Assembly (NCBI RefSeq): GCF_009914755.1
Contig: NC_060940.1
Reading direction: 5' to 3' (one strand)
Length of the DNA stretch: 64,000 nucleotides
DNA from: the human T2T-CHM13v2.0 reference genome, Homo sapiens
Part shown: piece after piece, positions 41,104 through 57,496 of the stretch
Position numbering within the stretch: the first letter of the stretch is position 1
Layout: every line of letters begins with the position of its first letter
Made by a program: the position numbers and the translations under genes
Notes under the pieces: model-generated
Database searches by the model: none
What the model saw: the letters and a program-made list of their open reading frames with translations, nothing else
Told to the model about the DNA's origin: nothing

Positions 41104-42198
41104 TCTGTTTGCTTTTAATAGTAGTTTTTTTATAGAAGAAGACTTCTTACATATTTGCACTTAATGGACAGGGTTGGCAAGTTGGAGTTGTTTACAAGAT
41201 TTCAAGAGCATTGTCTTTTGTTAGCATAGCAAAAAGTCTTCGGGGTGAGCATGGAGAAGGACGTGTGTGCTCATCCACATGTTTGTGTCTTCAGAGAGTC
41301 TAAATTTCTCTCCTCATCCTACTCATCACGATGCCATTTCCAAAGGGTGCCTCCTCCTCCTCCCCCAAAAGGGTTGCCTTTCTGAGATTACCTCCTCACT
41401 CTCGTGTGTCCTTCTAAGAGCTTTTCCGGGAGTCAGGGCTCTTTTCCCAGTATTTCCACACTTACTGTGGCCTTGCTGTTTCTGGGGGTGCTTTTAGCTC
41501 AGTCTCCTCTTCTGTTTTCTGGGTGGCTTTTCCACCCCTTCCCTTTGCTCCCAGCTTTCCGCAGAGGCTTACGATGAGAGCTCAAGAAATACTTCTGTTT
41601 GAAACTGGTGTTTGTTTTCCTATTTGCAGATCATTTAACATTTATATTATTCTCTGTCATGCAGACATGCTGAAAGCGTGGAATTTGTGTGATTTTGTTC
41701 TTGCTGATCTGTGTGATTTTTAGAGGATGTTTGGAAAGATTCAGATTTGGGTGGTTACTCTTGTCTTGGCTGCAGAAGTCACAACCCCTGTCCTCTCTTC
41801 GCTTAACAGGGAACTGTGTGTGTCTTGACCTGAGTGACCCCAGGGAAGCATGGAGGCACATGAATTAATACAAGGGAAAGCTACTCTATTCCATAAAGAG
41901 GATAGGATACCCCCCGAAGGATTCACTGATAGCCTCTTGATGAGAGCACGCCCAGGGGTTTTCCGGTGATGACCCCATCTGCAGTTTGCTCACAGCAAGG
42001 ATTTCCTATAAAGAAGATGTTCTCCATGTGAGGGCTGGTTAGCTTTCTGCTTAGATTTTCCAGAAGCTAGAGTTTCCATATGAGGGGAGTCAGGGTGACT
42101 CTGGGCATTTGAAGAGGGGTGTTAATGTCCCCACTCTGATTGTAGATTTGTCTACCTCTCCTTTTAGTTCTTTTGAGTTTTTTTTTTAGAAGGTATGG

Positions 42199-42592
42199 TT
42201 TTATTTTAGTTCTTTATTTTATTATTATACTTTAAATTCTGGGGTACAGTGCAGAACGTGCAGGTTTGTTACATAGGTATACACGTGCCATGGTGGTTTG
42301 CTGCACCCATCAACCCGTCATCTACATTAGGTATTTCTCCTAATGTTATCCCTCCTCTAACCCTCACCCCCCGACAGGCCCCGGTGTGTGATGTTCCCCT
42401 CCCTGTGTCCATGCATTCTCATTGTTCACCTCCCACCTATGAGTGAGAACATGCGGTGTTTGGTTTTCTGTTCTTGTGTTAGTTTGCTGAGAATGATGGT
42501 ATCCAGCTTCATCCACGTCCCTGCAAAGGACATGAACTCATCCTTTTTTATGGCTGCATAATATTGCATGGTGTGTATGTGCCACATTTTCT
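42199..42592 (-). mobile_element. 5'-truncated L1PA (about PA6-PA8) 3' end
   Basis: 'ttatactttaaattctggggtacagtgcagaacgtgcaggtttgttacataggtatacacgtgccatggtggtttgctgcaccc'. Confidence 0.9.
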
Positions 42593-43084
42593 CTTGATTT
42601 TTTTTTGAATAAATACAGACTTAGGATTCAAGTATTTTTCTGGTGGATTGACCACTTTATCTGCAGAAAATGTCCCTCTTTGTCTCTGATGATGCTCCTC
42701 GCTTTATAGCTTTAACTAATATTAGACTAGTTCTTTTGGTTACTGTTTGAATAATCTTTAATTCCATATTTTTATCTTTCAAATTTTCTGTCCTATAATT
42801 CTGTCAGGCATGTCTATTGTAATCAGCATGCAGACAGATTTTGTTTTTTACCTAGTCTCCAATAATTGTAGTCATTAAATTGGAGTAGTCTATTTGCCTT
42901 TAATGTAATTACTGAAATACTTGCATTTCTATCTACCATGCTTTCTTTCTGTTTGAGCCATCTCTTTTATACCTTCCTTCTTTCAAATCCATTTAATGTA
43001 ATTACTGAAATACTTGCATTTCTATCTACCATGCTTTCTATTTAGCCATCTCTTTTATAGCTTCCTTCTTTCATATCTTGCCTT

Positions 43085-43449
<365 letters not shown>

Positions 43450-43921
43450 TAACTTTTGCTAGTCTTTTAGTAGTTACCTTAGCGATTAAAACAGGTACTT
43501 GAAATGTTGCCTCTGCTACTCCTGGATAATGCCAGAATCTTAACCGCTACTACTTTTATGTTTTTGTGGTCTTGCATTATTAATTCTATATATACTTTAA
43601 ACCCCACAATCCATTCCTATCATTACTTTGTACAGCTAATATTCAGTAAATATTCCTTCATATTTGTCCACAGATTTACTTTCTCTTTGCTTTCTATTCC
43701 ATTCTGCAATTTCATGTTTTCCTCTGGGGTCATTTTCCTTTTGCCCTAAGAACTCTCTTCCATATTTTTTTTTGGTACAGATTTTCAGACAACAAAGTCT
43801 CTCAGTTTTTACTTGTCTGAACATGTCTTTATTTCACCTTCATTTTTAAGATGATTTTCGCTAGGCATATAATTCTAGGTTGGCAGATACCATCTTTCAG
43901 CACTTAAAAGATATTATTTCA

Positions 43922-44326
<405 letters not shown>

Positions 44327-45367
44327 TTATATCTGGTTTTGGAAGTCTTCATATGATGTACCTAGTTGTGCCTTTGTCTTTATCATGCTTCTGATTGAAA
44401 GGGTTTTGGAAGCTATCCTTTCAAATATTGCTGCCTTTTTCATACCTTACCTCTTCTCCAGAGATACTGATTACTGGATGTTAACCTTTTAACTATGTCC
44501 CATTTGTCTCTAACATATTTTTCTATATTTTTTATTATTTTTTTCCTGTTGCTTCAGTTTGCTTATGTTCTATTAAACTGTTTTCCAGTTTACCAAGTCT
44601 GTCTTCTTCTTTGTCTAATCTGTGTTCTTCCTTTTAGTTTTTTTTTCTTCATAGAATTCTAAAATTCCCTCTGGTGAATTTCTTCATCTGTTCCTCTATT
44701 TTCCTGAGCTATGGTTCTTGAATCAAGGTTATTTGAAAGTTGTTGCTTGCAAAATCTGTTATCTGGATCATCTCTGTATCTGCTTCTAAGTTGTGTATTT
44801 TCTCTTGGTTTTTGGTCGTGTGGTCCTGCCTTTGGTCATGACATGTGATTTTTGATTGAATACTAACACGGTGAATAAAATGCATCGTGGAGGCTCCAGC
44901 TGATGCTATTTTCCCACACAGAGGGTTTACCCTTCCTTGTGCTAGGATGAGACAGTAGTAACTCCTCTCCTTAATCCAGCCAGGTACTCTGCTGAGTCAA
45001 GTGGGGCTGCAGCCTGGCAAACTCTATCTCCTTTGAGCTTTCTGATCCTTTAGAGTTTTCTATGGAAAGCGTGATGTGTTCCTTGGGGCCCCAGTCTTTC
45101 ATGGGTCCTGAAGTCTAAACATTGCCTTGTGACTGTGTTGAAATTTCTTTTTTTTTATTATTATTATACTTTAAGTTTTAGGGTACATGTGCACATTGTG
45201 CAGGTTAGTTACATACGTATACATGTGCCATGCTGGTGTGCTGCACCCACTAACTCGTCATCTAGCATTAGGTATATCTCCCAATGCTATCCCTCCCCCC
45301 TCCCCCCACCCCACCACAGTCCCCAGAGTGTGATATTCCCCTTCCTGTGTCCATGTGATCTCATTGT

Positions 45368-47464
<2,097 letters not shown>

Positions 47465-49344
47465 TGACCCCAGTTTTCATCATGTGACTTGTGGGGAAAC
47501 CTGGCCAGGTCCTTCAGGCAGCCCAAGTCTCCACCAAGAGCTCAGCTCTTTCCTCTGTCCCCAGAAGTGGCCCTCCGTGGGTACAGCTCAAGGTTCTCAG
47601 CCTCCTGCCTGTGCCCACAACTGGCAGATGCCCCTAGAGAGAAGGCACCTGAGACATTGCTCCCCTTCCTGGTTCTCCCCTAGAGAGAAAGCATCTGTAG
47701 ATGTTTGCTCACCTTCCTGGTTCTCCCCTCTCCAGAGTTCTCCAATACTTGACATGACCTCAGCAGCCTCATGATGCCTTCCAAAGACAATTTTGTGTCC
47801 AATAGAGTTTTTCTAGCTGTTCTCAGTAAGCCATGGCCCCATGGTGGCCTCATTCCCACCCAGAACCTGCTGTTGGGGTTCTGAAACAGAGGGCACTGCA
47901 TGCTGGCCTCATTCCCACCTAGAATCTGCTACTGGGGTCCTGAAGCAGAGGGCACTGCAGGCTCCCTTGTGTGAACGCATCCTTCAGCGAGATTGGAAGA
48001 TACCCAGTGTGCAGCCGGTGTGACGCCAACCCTGCTATAAAACCTGGAGAATTGTTTGTAAATGGAGGAAGTCATGGAGGCCTCAGATCTGCTGAGATGA
48101 TTTGTGGATGATTTGCTGGGATTCCCACCGTATGAGAGCAGTGCCAGAGCTTTCTTGCCCGGATGAAGTGTGCTGCAAGCAGATGGCAGCCAGGTGACAG
48201 AATGCCACAGTGTGACCCATGACGGGACGGGGGTGAACCGGGTGCTCTCATCCAACACTTACTGAGCCCCTGGAGCAAACTGATTCTCGTGATTTATCTC
48301 ATTTAATCCTCATGACACTGTGAACTAATCACAGTTATGGTCCCATTTCACAGCTGAGGAAGATGAGGGAGAGGTCGCACTGTCCAGGTCATGTCACTTT
48401 AAGTAGCAGAGCCCAAACAGGAACCTGAGTCTGTGGTTCCAGGGCCTGAGCTCTGAGCCACCGTATAGCACAGACCTTGGTGCAGCCATGGGGCCCCTAC
48501 ACCCTTGAACATTCCCCCACAAGGGGATCCTTCCTGGCCTGGCTCCCAAATTAACTCTGGGCGTTTCTCCAATACATTGTTCAGGTTTGGCTCCCACTTG
48601 CCACTTGCTCTCCGGGTCTCAAATTGCTGCCATCCACCTGCCCTGCACAGGGAGCCTCACTCATCCACTCACTGCCACCAGTAAGCACCACCCTACACCC
48701 TGCACTGGTCCCTGAATGGCCAGAGGGAAGGACCACCCAGAACACTGGTGAAGGCGTTAATCAGGGACCCAGTTCAAGCCAGGCCCTTCTGCTGCTCCTA
48801 CTCGGTGTCACTGTGAGGTACTGGGAGTGCCCAGGACACAGTGACCCAGGCCTGGACCCGCTGGCACGTTCTGGATAGAGCAGGCCTCACACCAGAGAGA
48901 TGAGGGCTTCGGGTAAGGACAGACCCGGGCTGGCTGGGCCGCAGAATGTCATCTCCTGCTAGCCGTGGCTTCCTCATCACCAGATCTATAAAAACAGCTT
49001 CCCACGGCCGTGAGGGCTCGAGCGAGATAGCGCAGAGGAAATGCTTCCCCACTTGTAAAACTCTCTCTGTGGGCCACTATCGTGCCTGGCCGCCACACTT
49101 CCTCTCTGCTCCAACTATGGCCTCGCTCTTCACATGCAGGCAGCTCCCCGAGGAGGTTGTGGGGCCAGGATACAGGGCCTTGTAGACGAGCAAGAATGCA
49201 TGGTCTCAGGGGGACGGGAAGCCTTCTGAGCGCTTCCTCCAGACTGTGCCGGAGAAGGGACCTGGCTGCTCCTTGCCCCGGCTGCGGGCCAGCGTCCAGT
49301 CTGCTATGTCTCTTGCATGTGCCCCTCTGAGATCAGTGAGAGCC

Positions 49345-49765
49345 CCCGTCATGCATCCCCAGGGGTCCTGTAACAGAGGACCACACACCGGGGGGCTTCA
49401 AACAACAGAAATGCATCCTTGCACGCTTCCAGCGGCCAGGAGTCCTAAGGCATCGGCAGGGCTGACTCCTTCTGGGGTCTCCGAGGGAGAATCCCACTCC
49501 ATCCGCTCCCAGCTGCTGCTGGCCCCTACTCTTCTCTGCTTGTGGACACTTCAGTCCACTCTGCCTCTGCTGTCCCGTGGATTTTCTCTTCTAAGAACAC
49601 TTGTCATTGAATTCACAGCCCTCCCTACTTCAGAACAATCTCATCGCTACATCCTTGACTGAACCACACCTACAAAGACCCTTTTTCCAGATGAGGCCAC
49701 TCTCACAGTCTCTGGGCCGTGGGCTTATTTTTTGGGGCTGCCATTCAACCCCCCTCATCACACTC
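49345..49765 (-). mobile_element. MLT1 (C-like) solo LTR
   Basis: 'ctgtaacagaggaccacacaccggggggcttcaaacaacagaaatg...cacctacaaagaccctttttccagatgaggccac'. Confidence 0.75.
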
Positions 49766-49981
49766 TCACACTTTCTGAGCTGAGATCCACAGTAAGGAAT
49801 ACACTGTTTCATCTTCGCCCTAGGCACATACTCTCATCCGCAGCTGAAATGCAGTTTCAGAATGTGAATCCTTATCTCACGTTCTGTGTGGTAATGTTTT
49901 CTGTTTTCTCTCTGCCTCCTCTTCAGCACTGGCTACACACCCACTAATTGATTCCCAGAGCTCACAGCCTGGATCAAAGTT

Positions 49982-50693
<712 letters not shown>

Positions 50694-50827
50694 TAAAAGA
50701 GGGTTGAAACCAGTTGCTTAAAACCTGCCACACAAGGGTAAAAACCTGAAGCATGATGATGTTCCCAGCAGTGGCATTTGTGAGAGGGAAGAACTGGAAA
50801 CAACCCAGGTGTCCCCTAATAGGGGAG

Positions 50828-51173
50828 TGATATGGTTTGGCTGTGTCCCCACCCAAATCTCACCTTGAATTATAGTGTCCATAATTCCCATGGGTTGTGG
50901 GAGGGACCCAGTGGGAGAAAACTGAACCATGGGGGCCGTTTCCTCTATTCTGTTCTCGTGGCAGTGAATAAGTCTCATGCGATCTGCGGGTTTTATAAGG
51001 GGAAACCCCTTTCTCTTGGTTCTCATTCTCTCTTGCCTGCTGCCATGTAAGACATGCCTTTTGCCTTCCCTCCCCAGACACATGGAACTGTGAGTCCATT
51101 AAACCTCTTTTTCTTTATAAATGACCCAGTCTTGGGTATGTCTTAATCAGCGGCATGAAGAAGAACTGATACA
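50828..51173 (+). mobile_element. THE1 (C/D-like) MaLR solo LTR inserted in an old L1 3' fragment
   Basis: tgatatggtttggctgtgtccccacccaaatctc...ggaactgtgagtccattaaacctc...actgataca; TSD gggag/gagag. Confidence 0.92.
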
Positions 51174-53293
51174 GAGAGGCTGAGTAAACACCATGTGGGG
51201 TGTTTGCATCACTGAGTATCACACAACCTTTTCACTCATGGTTAGAGACGGAGCAGAAAGGTGGACAGACACCCCAGCACAAAGCCGAGTGAAGAACTCT
51301 GAGGAAGGATGCGTGCTTGGGAATGATGCCTCGACCCTGGTGCCTGAAGCCGTGCCTGGTGCGTGGGGCGTCCCTGTTTGCTGAAGGAATGTGGGGACAG
51401 AGCACAGGAGCAAAGACTGGCTGGGACCGTGTGAAAGCAGCTTTCCGCTGCCTCTCATCCAGCCCGCTGTGTCCTTCCACAGCACTCATCTCAATTTGTG
51501 GTTATTTGATTTTTCTCCTGTCCCTCTGGGCCGCCCGCCCCCTTCGTTAGAATGTAAACTGTGTGGAGCGCAGGCCTCGCCTGTCTTACTGTGCCCTCAT
51601 CTCACGCTCAGCACCGCGTCCCGCCCTGGGGGCCCCCATGAACATGTGCCGAATGAACGAGCGGAGGAATGGGGGTTGGGGCATTTTTATTAGTTTTCCA
51701 TTCGCCCAGTCATTTCTAATGTGGATGATTTTCTTTCAAATGATAAGAGCGATGTTGACTTTTCTATGTTTGAAAATAAGATAAAATAAAACAAAACACG
51801 CCTGTTGTTTTCTCGGGGCAGGGGTCTGAAGGGAGCCGAGCTCCTTCTGCAGAAGGGCGCTGAGAAGGGAGCTGGAAGGAAAAGAAGGAAACATTCCTTC
51901 CTCAACTGGAGGAAGACACGCGGCCACACACAGAACCAGCGGCCCCAGGACCGCCACCCTGCGTGCCCGGGCCTGTCCCTCCTGACCCCAGGATTATAGT
52001 GGCGAGGCAGGGTGTTAGCCAAGCGGATTGAGCCAGGACACAGCACCGCGGGGCCCCGCAGGCGGTGAGTGATTTCTTCCTGGTTTTTAACGTCACTGTT
52101 GGCGCGGATGAGGTGTGAATCTGGGTCTTGCCTCTGTAACATGCGCCGGAGGAAAGGGCCTTCTTTCTGTTTCATGGTCCCCAGCAAATACTTGGGCAGT
52201 ACAGGAATGTGGACGGGGTTGGGGGCTGGCCTGGGTGTGGCCTGCAGCGTGGCACTTAGTGGTAAACCCGTCAGCTTCTCTGATGAGGAGACTGAGGCGC
52301 AGAGAGGCTGAGCAGCCTGACACGCAGCAGGAGGGCGTCTGGGCTGCACCTCAATCCAGGCTCGCAGGGTCGGAGCCCGGCAAGGCCGCGAGCTCTGCCC
52401 GTGTGTCTCTGTGTGTGTGTGTCCATGTGTGTCTCTGTGTAAGTACGTACATATGTAAGTGTGCACGTGTGTGTCTGTAAGCATGTACACGTGTCTCTGT
52501 GTGTGCACACACATGTGCCCTGGGCCCACAGCCTTTTGATTCCTTATCTGTGAAGCGCCCAGTGGGTCCCCAGCGGCTCAGGGTGTTGAGCGGCTCAGGA
52601 TCTGCTGTGCTCTGGGGAGCGGAGGTGCCCCAGCCTCACTGCTGGGCTCACGTGGCTCAGCCCCATGGTGGGATGGTGGGGCCCCAACGCTAATCCTAAC
52701 CCTAACCTCCGCCTCTGACCATGCAGGATGTGAGCGTGGGCTGCTCTGCTCCCCACTGTACATCCTCCTCACTGGCCCCTCTGCCCCTTCCCCTCAGTGC
52801 CTACGGGCGCCTGGCGCAGGGATCACCCGACCCTCTCAGCAGTTTGGACTCTGCCCAACCTCCGTTCCCCACTGGCTTCCTCAGGCCACCTGCCCTCAGC
52901 CAGCCATAAATGAGTGGCTGTCTTTGAGTTTCCTCAAATATTCTAAAAATCACCCTTGTGGCACCCACTGGGAGTTGGATTCTGATTTCCCGATGTGGCT
53001 GAATTCTGGCTGAATCCCTGCATTGACTCGATTCAGAGTCCCTGAGGTTTAAACTTGAGACACAGTCTCCACTGCTTATCCCAAAATCTTATAGAGTGCG
53101 AGGCATTTTGAAGGAGGCTTTAGATCAAAGGCCCCCTTTCTAATCGCCAGAAGGGAAATCGGTGGGCAGGGATTGGGGAGACCCTTCAAAGGGAAGGTGA
53201 GGGGCAGGGAGGGTGGAGGGCTTTGCCTTTTTCGGGGAGGAGGTGAATGCAAAGGGGGTGAAGGAGGAGCCGCCCATGCCCTCTGCCGCAGCC

Positions 53294-53616
53294 TGTGTCT
53301 GTGGCCCCCAAATGTGTGTGTTGAAACCCCACCCCCAAGGCCATGGTGTTGGGAGCTGGAGGACATGAGGGTGTGGCCTCGTGGGTGGGATTGGTGTCCT
53401 TACAAAGAGGCCCTGGAGAGATCCCTGCCCTTCCCATCACATGAGGACACACAGGAAACACTGCCTATGAACCAGGAAGGGGCCTCCCCACACACGGACC
53501 TGCCAGCATCTCCATCCTGGGCTTCCAGCTCCAGAGCTGCCAGCAGGAAATGTCAGCTGTTTGCAAAGTACTTAGTCTCGGGTGTTTTGTTATAGCAGCA
53601 TGTATGTACTAAGACA
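53294..53616 (+). mobile_element. MLT1A-like solo LTR
   Basis: 'gggattggtgtccttacaaagaggccc...catgaggacacac...tgttttgttatagcagc...actaagaca'. Confidence 0.78.
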
Positions 53617-53902
53617 GCCTCCCTGACAAGTCCTGAGGTCTCTGGCAGCTGGACCTTCCTGGCTGTCTCAGGACACCCTGGCTCCTTGCACATGGCAGAA
53701 GGGCTTTCTCTGCAGCCCCAGGATGGTCGCCCCCCACCTCCCCAGGCTGCAGGGTGCCGTCACAGTGGCCCCGCTGGTGTCTGGGGGCCTTGGTCCATGG
53801 TCACTCATGAAACCGAGCCAGAGATTTTTCGCAGGCGTCTGTGCTGGGGGTGGAGGGTGCTAAACGTCTTCCACCTTGTTAAAGTCCTGAGTCTTTTTGG
53901 AC

Positions 53903-54312
53903 AGTTGTTTTGGGTTGAATTGTGTCCCCCCAAAAGGCATGTTAAGGCTTCACCCCCAGCACGCAGGATGTGAGCTTGTGAAAATGGGCCTCTGCAGATG
54001 TGAGGAGGGTGAGGTGAGGTCGTTAGGGTGGGTCCTTAGGAGGCTGGGAGAAGAGAGGCGTAGGGGAGAGGCCACGTGCAGCGGGAGGCAGAGGCTGGCG
54101 TGGTGCAGCTGCCCACTGAGGACCCCCAGGATCGTCAGGGCCTCCCACAGCTGGAGTGGGAAGGGAGCAGACCCTTCCCAGCGCCTCCAGAAGGAGCCGG
54201 CCCTGCCCTCACCTTGATGTTGGGCTGTGACCTCCGGAGTTGGGAGAGAGGAGTTCCTGAAGCTTTGCAGCACCCTAGTCTGTGGCCCTTTCTTACGGCA
54301 GGTCAAGAGACC
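53903..54312 (+). mobile_element. MLT1 (B/C-like) solo LTR
   Basis: 'tgggttgaattgtgtccccccaaaaggcatgtt...cctccagaaggagccggccctgccctcaccttgat'. Confidence 0.75.
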
Positions 54313-54657
54313 AGTGCGGCCCTCCTTCTGGAAAGCAGATGTCACCCTCCAGACACCGATGGTGCTGGGTGATGCTCCAGATGCTCGCCCAGACCTCGAA
54401 TGTCCCCTGGCAGACAAGGCTCAGGAGGGCCCGAAACAGGCCCTGCCCGCCCCCCAACCCCCACCTCCAGCTCCATTTCCTCCTCCCTTCCTGCCTTTAG
54501 TGGTTTCACCGTCTTATTTGCACCCTGCGTACTTCACCTCTGAGTTAAGAAGTGTGGGTTCCAAAGCAAAGGGCGTGTGGGAAATCACGCACCACAGGCT
54601 GCACGTTTAAATTCCAGCCCCCTGTGTTCCACCCGGGAAGGATTCCCAAGAAATGCC

Positions 54658-54878
54658 CTGCGCGTTTCCACCCGTGTCTCCTCCACGCCGGGGCCTGCGC
54701 GTTTCCACCCGTGCCTCCTCCGCGCCGGGGCCTGCGCGTTTCCACCCGTGCCTCCTCCGCGCCGGGGCCTGCGCGTTTCCACCCGTGCCTCCTCCGCGCC
54801 GGGGCCTGCGCGTTTCCACCCGTGCCTCCTCCGCGCCGGGGCCTGCGCGTTTCCACCCGTGCCTCCTCCACGCCGGGA
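54658..54878. repeat. 37-bp CpG-rich VNTR (ctgcgcgtttccacccgtgcctcctccgcgccggggc) x6
   Basis: Units start at 54658, 54695, 54732, 54769, 54806 and 54843. Confidence 0.95.
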
Positions 54879-55204
54879 CCTCCACACTTTGCAGCCACTG
54901 CAGGGATCCCTGCGGCCAGAGCTTGCTGCCTCTGTGTTTGAAAGCCCCTTGCCCGTCGTGGGGATACATAAGGGCGGGCACCTGACTAGTCTTGTTCCCA
55001 CTGTCTCCCCAGGGCCGGGAACAATGTCTAGCACAGGAAGAGAGAGGAAGCGGGGAAGGGGGAGGAAGGAGGATGGAAGGAGGCCGGGAGGACCCGTCAA
55101 CCGCCACTCAGCCGTGCCTGGCCTCAGGCTGCCCCCACCCCTTCTCTCTGTCTCCTGGCTCCTGGCCTGGGAGGCCCACACCGGCCTCCAGTCCCTCCCT
55201 CAGC

Positions 55205-55395
55205 TTCTCCATGTCTCCCCATCTCCCTGTCTCCCTGTGTCCCCGTCTCCCCATCTCCCCATCTCCCTATCTCCCCATCTCCCCGTCTCCCCTTCTCCCT
55301 GTCTCCTGGCCCCCGGCCTGGCCCCCCCCTTCTCCCTCCCTCGAGTCTCCCCACTGCCCCATCTCCCTGTGTCCCCGTCTCCCCTTCTCCCTCCC
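55205..55395. repeat. Pyrimidine-rich (CTCCCCRT)n-like low-complexity repeat
   Basis: Directly visible. Confidence 0.85.
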
Positions 55396-55457
55396 AAGGG
55401 TGCCTGCCTTGATGCGTATTTTCCATATGTTCATCTCTGTGGTGACATCCCCAACAA

Positions 55458-55947
55458 TGATGGAGACGTTGTTTCCCGTCACCGCTGTAACAAATGCCAC
55501 ACACCGGAGGCTTAAAACAACAGAAACGCATCCCCCACAGCCCTGAAAGCAGAGGGCTGGCATCAAGGAGCCGGCCCAGGGGTGCCAGCCATCCTCGGCG
55601 TTCCCCGGCACGCAGGTGTACCCCGCCAGGCTCCGCCTCCATTATTATGGGACCTTGGCTCACAGGTGCACCCCGCCAGGCTCTGCCTCCATCCTTAGGG
55701 GAACTTGGCTCACAGGTGCACCCAGCCAGGCTCCGCATCCATCGTTACAGGGCGTTTTTCCTTCCATGTCTTCATGTGGCTCCTCCTTTTCTTATGGGGA
55801 CACCCACCGTTGCATTTAGGGCCCCCGATCCAGTATGACCTCGTCTAAGCTGAACTGATCACGCCTGTAAAGACCCTCTTTCCAAATAAACCCACCTTCT
55901 GAGGTTGCAGGAAGACGTGGCTTTGGAGGACACTGTTTGGCTCACTG
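55458..55947 (-). mobile_element. MLT1 solo LTR with an internal 50-bp tandem triplication
   Basis: 'gctgtaacaaatgccacacaccggaggcttaaaacaacagaaa' and 'gaccctctttccaaataaa'; caggtg units at 55613, 55663 and 55713. Confidence 0.78.
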
Positions 55948-57261
55948 GGAGGGTGTGGGCTGTGGAGCAGGGGGACCCTGCCTCGCTCCTTGGTGCTGCC
56001 TGCCGGCTTCGCAGGCTCCGAGCAACGGGATGAGGGCCCCACTGCGCAGGTCGCCCTGTGGGTCCCGTGAGACAGCACACACGGCGCCTGGCATGGGCGC
56101 TGGGTCTGGGCCCTGGGGTGTGTGTCCTGGGGCCTTGCCTTACAATGGCACCTGCCCCGCAGGACTACTGCGGGATTCCCGAGATAAGCCCTATAGCAGC
56201 CCTGTCAGAGCAGAGGAGAGGGCACGGCAATGGTGGTTTACTCTCTACTCTCAGACAAGCTGATTAAAGCAGAGACGCACCCCTGGGGAGGAGAATATTT
56301 TCTGTAACTTATTTTGAAAGCTCATCCTGAGTGTCCAAACCTGGCAACTCCTGTTTTTTTGCAAAATATTCTCATTATGAGAAATTTGGAAAACACATAA
56401 AAGTAGATAAAGGACCAAAAAGACACCAAAGCCAGCTCTTACTCATCTTCTGGAGAGTTTCCTTCCGGCCTTGCTTTGCTCCCCCTGTGAATTGTTTCAA
56501 TAGTTGGGATTGACCTGGAAAACAATTTTCATACAACTCCTGGGAGGCCTGCCTGTGTCAGATGTCATAAATGGCTTTTATTTTTAATGCAACACACACC
56601 AGTTTGGCCATGGGCTCCCAGTGTCTGGGTGGACGGGGTCTGGTGAGGCAATTTGGGGGCTCAGCAGCAGCATCGGGCAGAAGCCAGGCGGGGAGGGAGG
56701 CACAGCAGCCGGGCACCCATATCTGCCGTCCTCACCGTCCTTGTCAAGGTAAGAGCTGAGCCATCTGCAGTCCACGGTCAACAAACAGCATTTAACCCAT
56801 CACCTCCCCGGGACTGCAGACTTTTCCAAAACTTCAAACATGAGAATTTATTTTGCACTTCACTAAAAATGAATCAACTTAAAGGAGAATAAAAAAGTCA
56901 AACCAAGATAAAGAGATAAAATCGATGTAAATATTTTCACCAATTTTCCAATATTTTTCTCGAGAAAAAAAACAACCGGAGAGACTCTAGTGAAGGTCTT
57001 GACAAGACATGGCATTTGTGCTGGCTCCAGCCTCCTCCGCGAGCAGCCCGTCAGGCGGCAGGAACCTGCCACTCCTGGGAGTAAAAAGCTGCTCTCGGGA
57101 ACCCTCCTGCTTCTCGGGCACACCAGCCCTGGGAGGACTTAGCGATGATCTGGAGGAAAAAGAGGCTGCACGAGGTTGGAGGCAGCTTGTTTTCCGTTCC
57201 TGCCAAGACCCTCTGTGGTCATTACGTGCGGTGCTTGTGCTAGTCCTGTCTGAATGATGAA

Positions 57262-57496
57262 TGTGTGCGTGTGTGCTGATGTCACGCGTGTGGATGTCAC
57301 ACGTGTGGATGTCACACGTGTGTGCTGATGCCACGCGTGTGGATGTCACGCGTGTGGATGTCACGCGTGTGGATGTCACGCGTGTGGATGTAACGCGTGT
57401 GTGCTGATGTCACGTGTGTGGATGTCACGCGTGTGTGCTGATGCCATACGTGTGGATGTCACACGTGTGTGCTGATGTCACGCGTGTGGATGTCAT
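57262..57496. repeat. 15/19-bp VNTR (gtcacgcgtgtggat / gtcacgcgtgtgtgctgat), ~13 units
   Basis: Directly visible. Confidence 0.95.

Noticed and set aside
52690-52708. ctaatcctaaccctaacc as an interstitial telomere repeat
   Set aside because: Only about three imperfect units; compatible with chance.
54658-54878. 37-bp repeats as a CRISPR array
   Set aside because: Units are directly adjacent with no unique spacers, there are no cas genes, and the context is primate; it is a VNTR. The same applies to the 30-bp array at 32240.
54577-55515. 312-aa and overlapping repeat-containing ORFs
   Set aside because: Translations of the 37-bp VNTR and a pyrimidine-rich tract; open in many frames.
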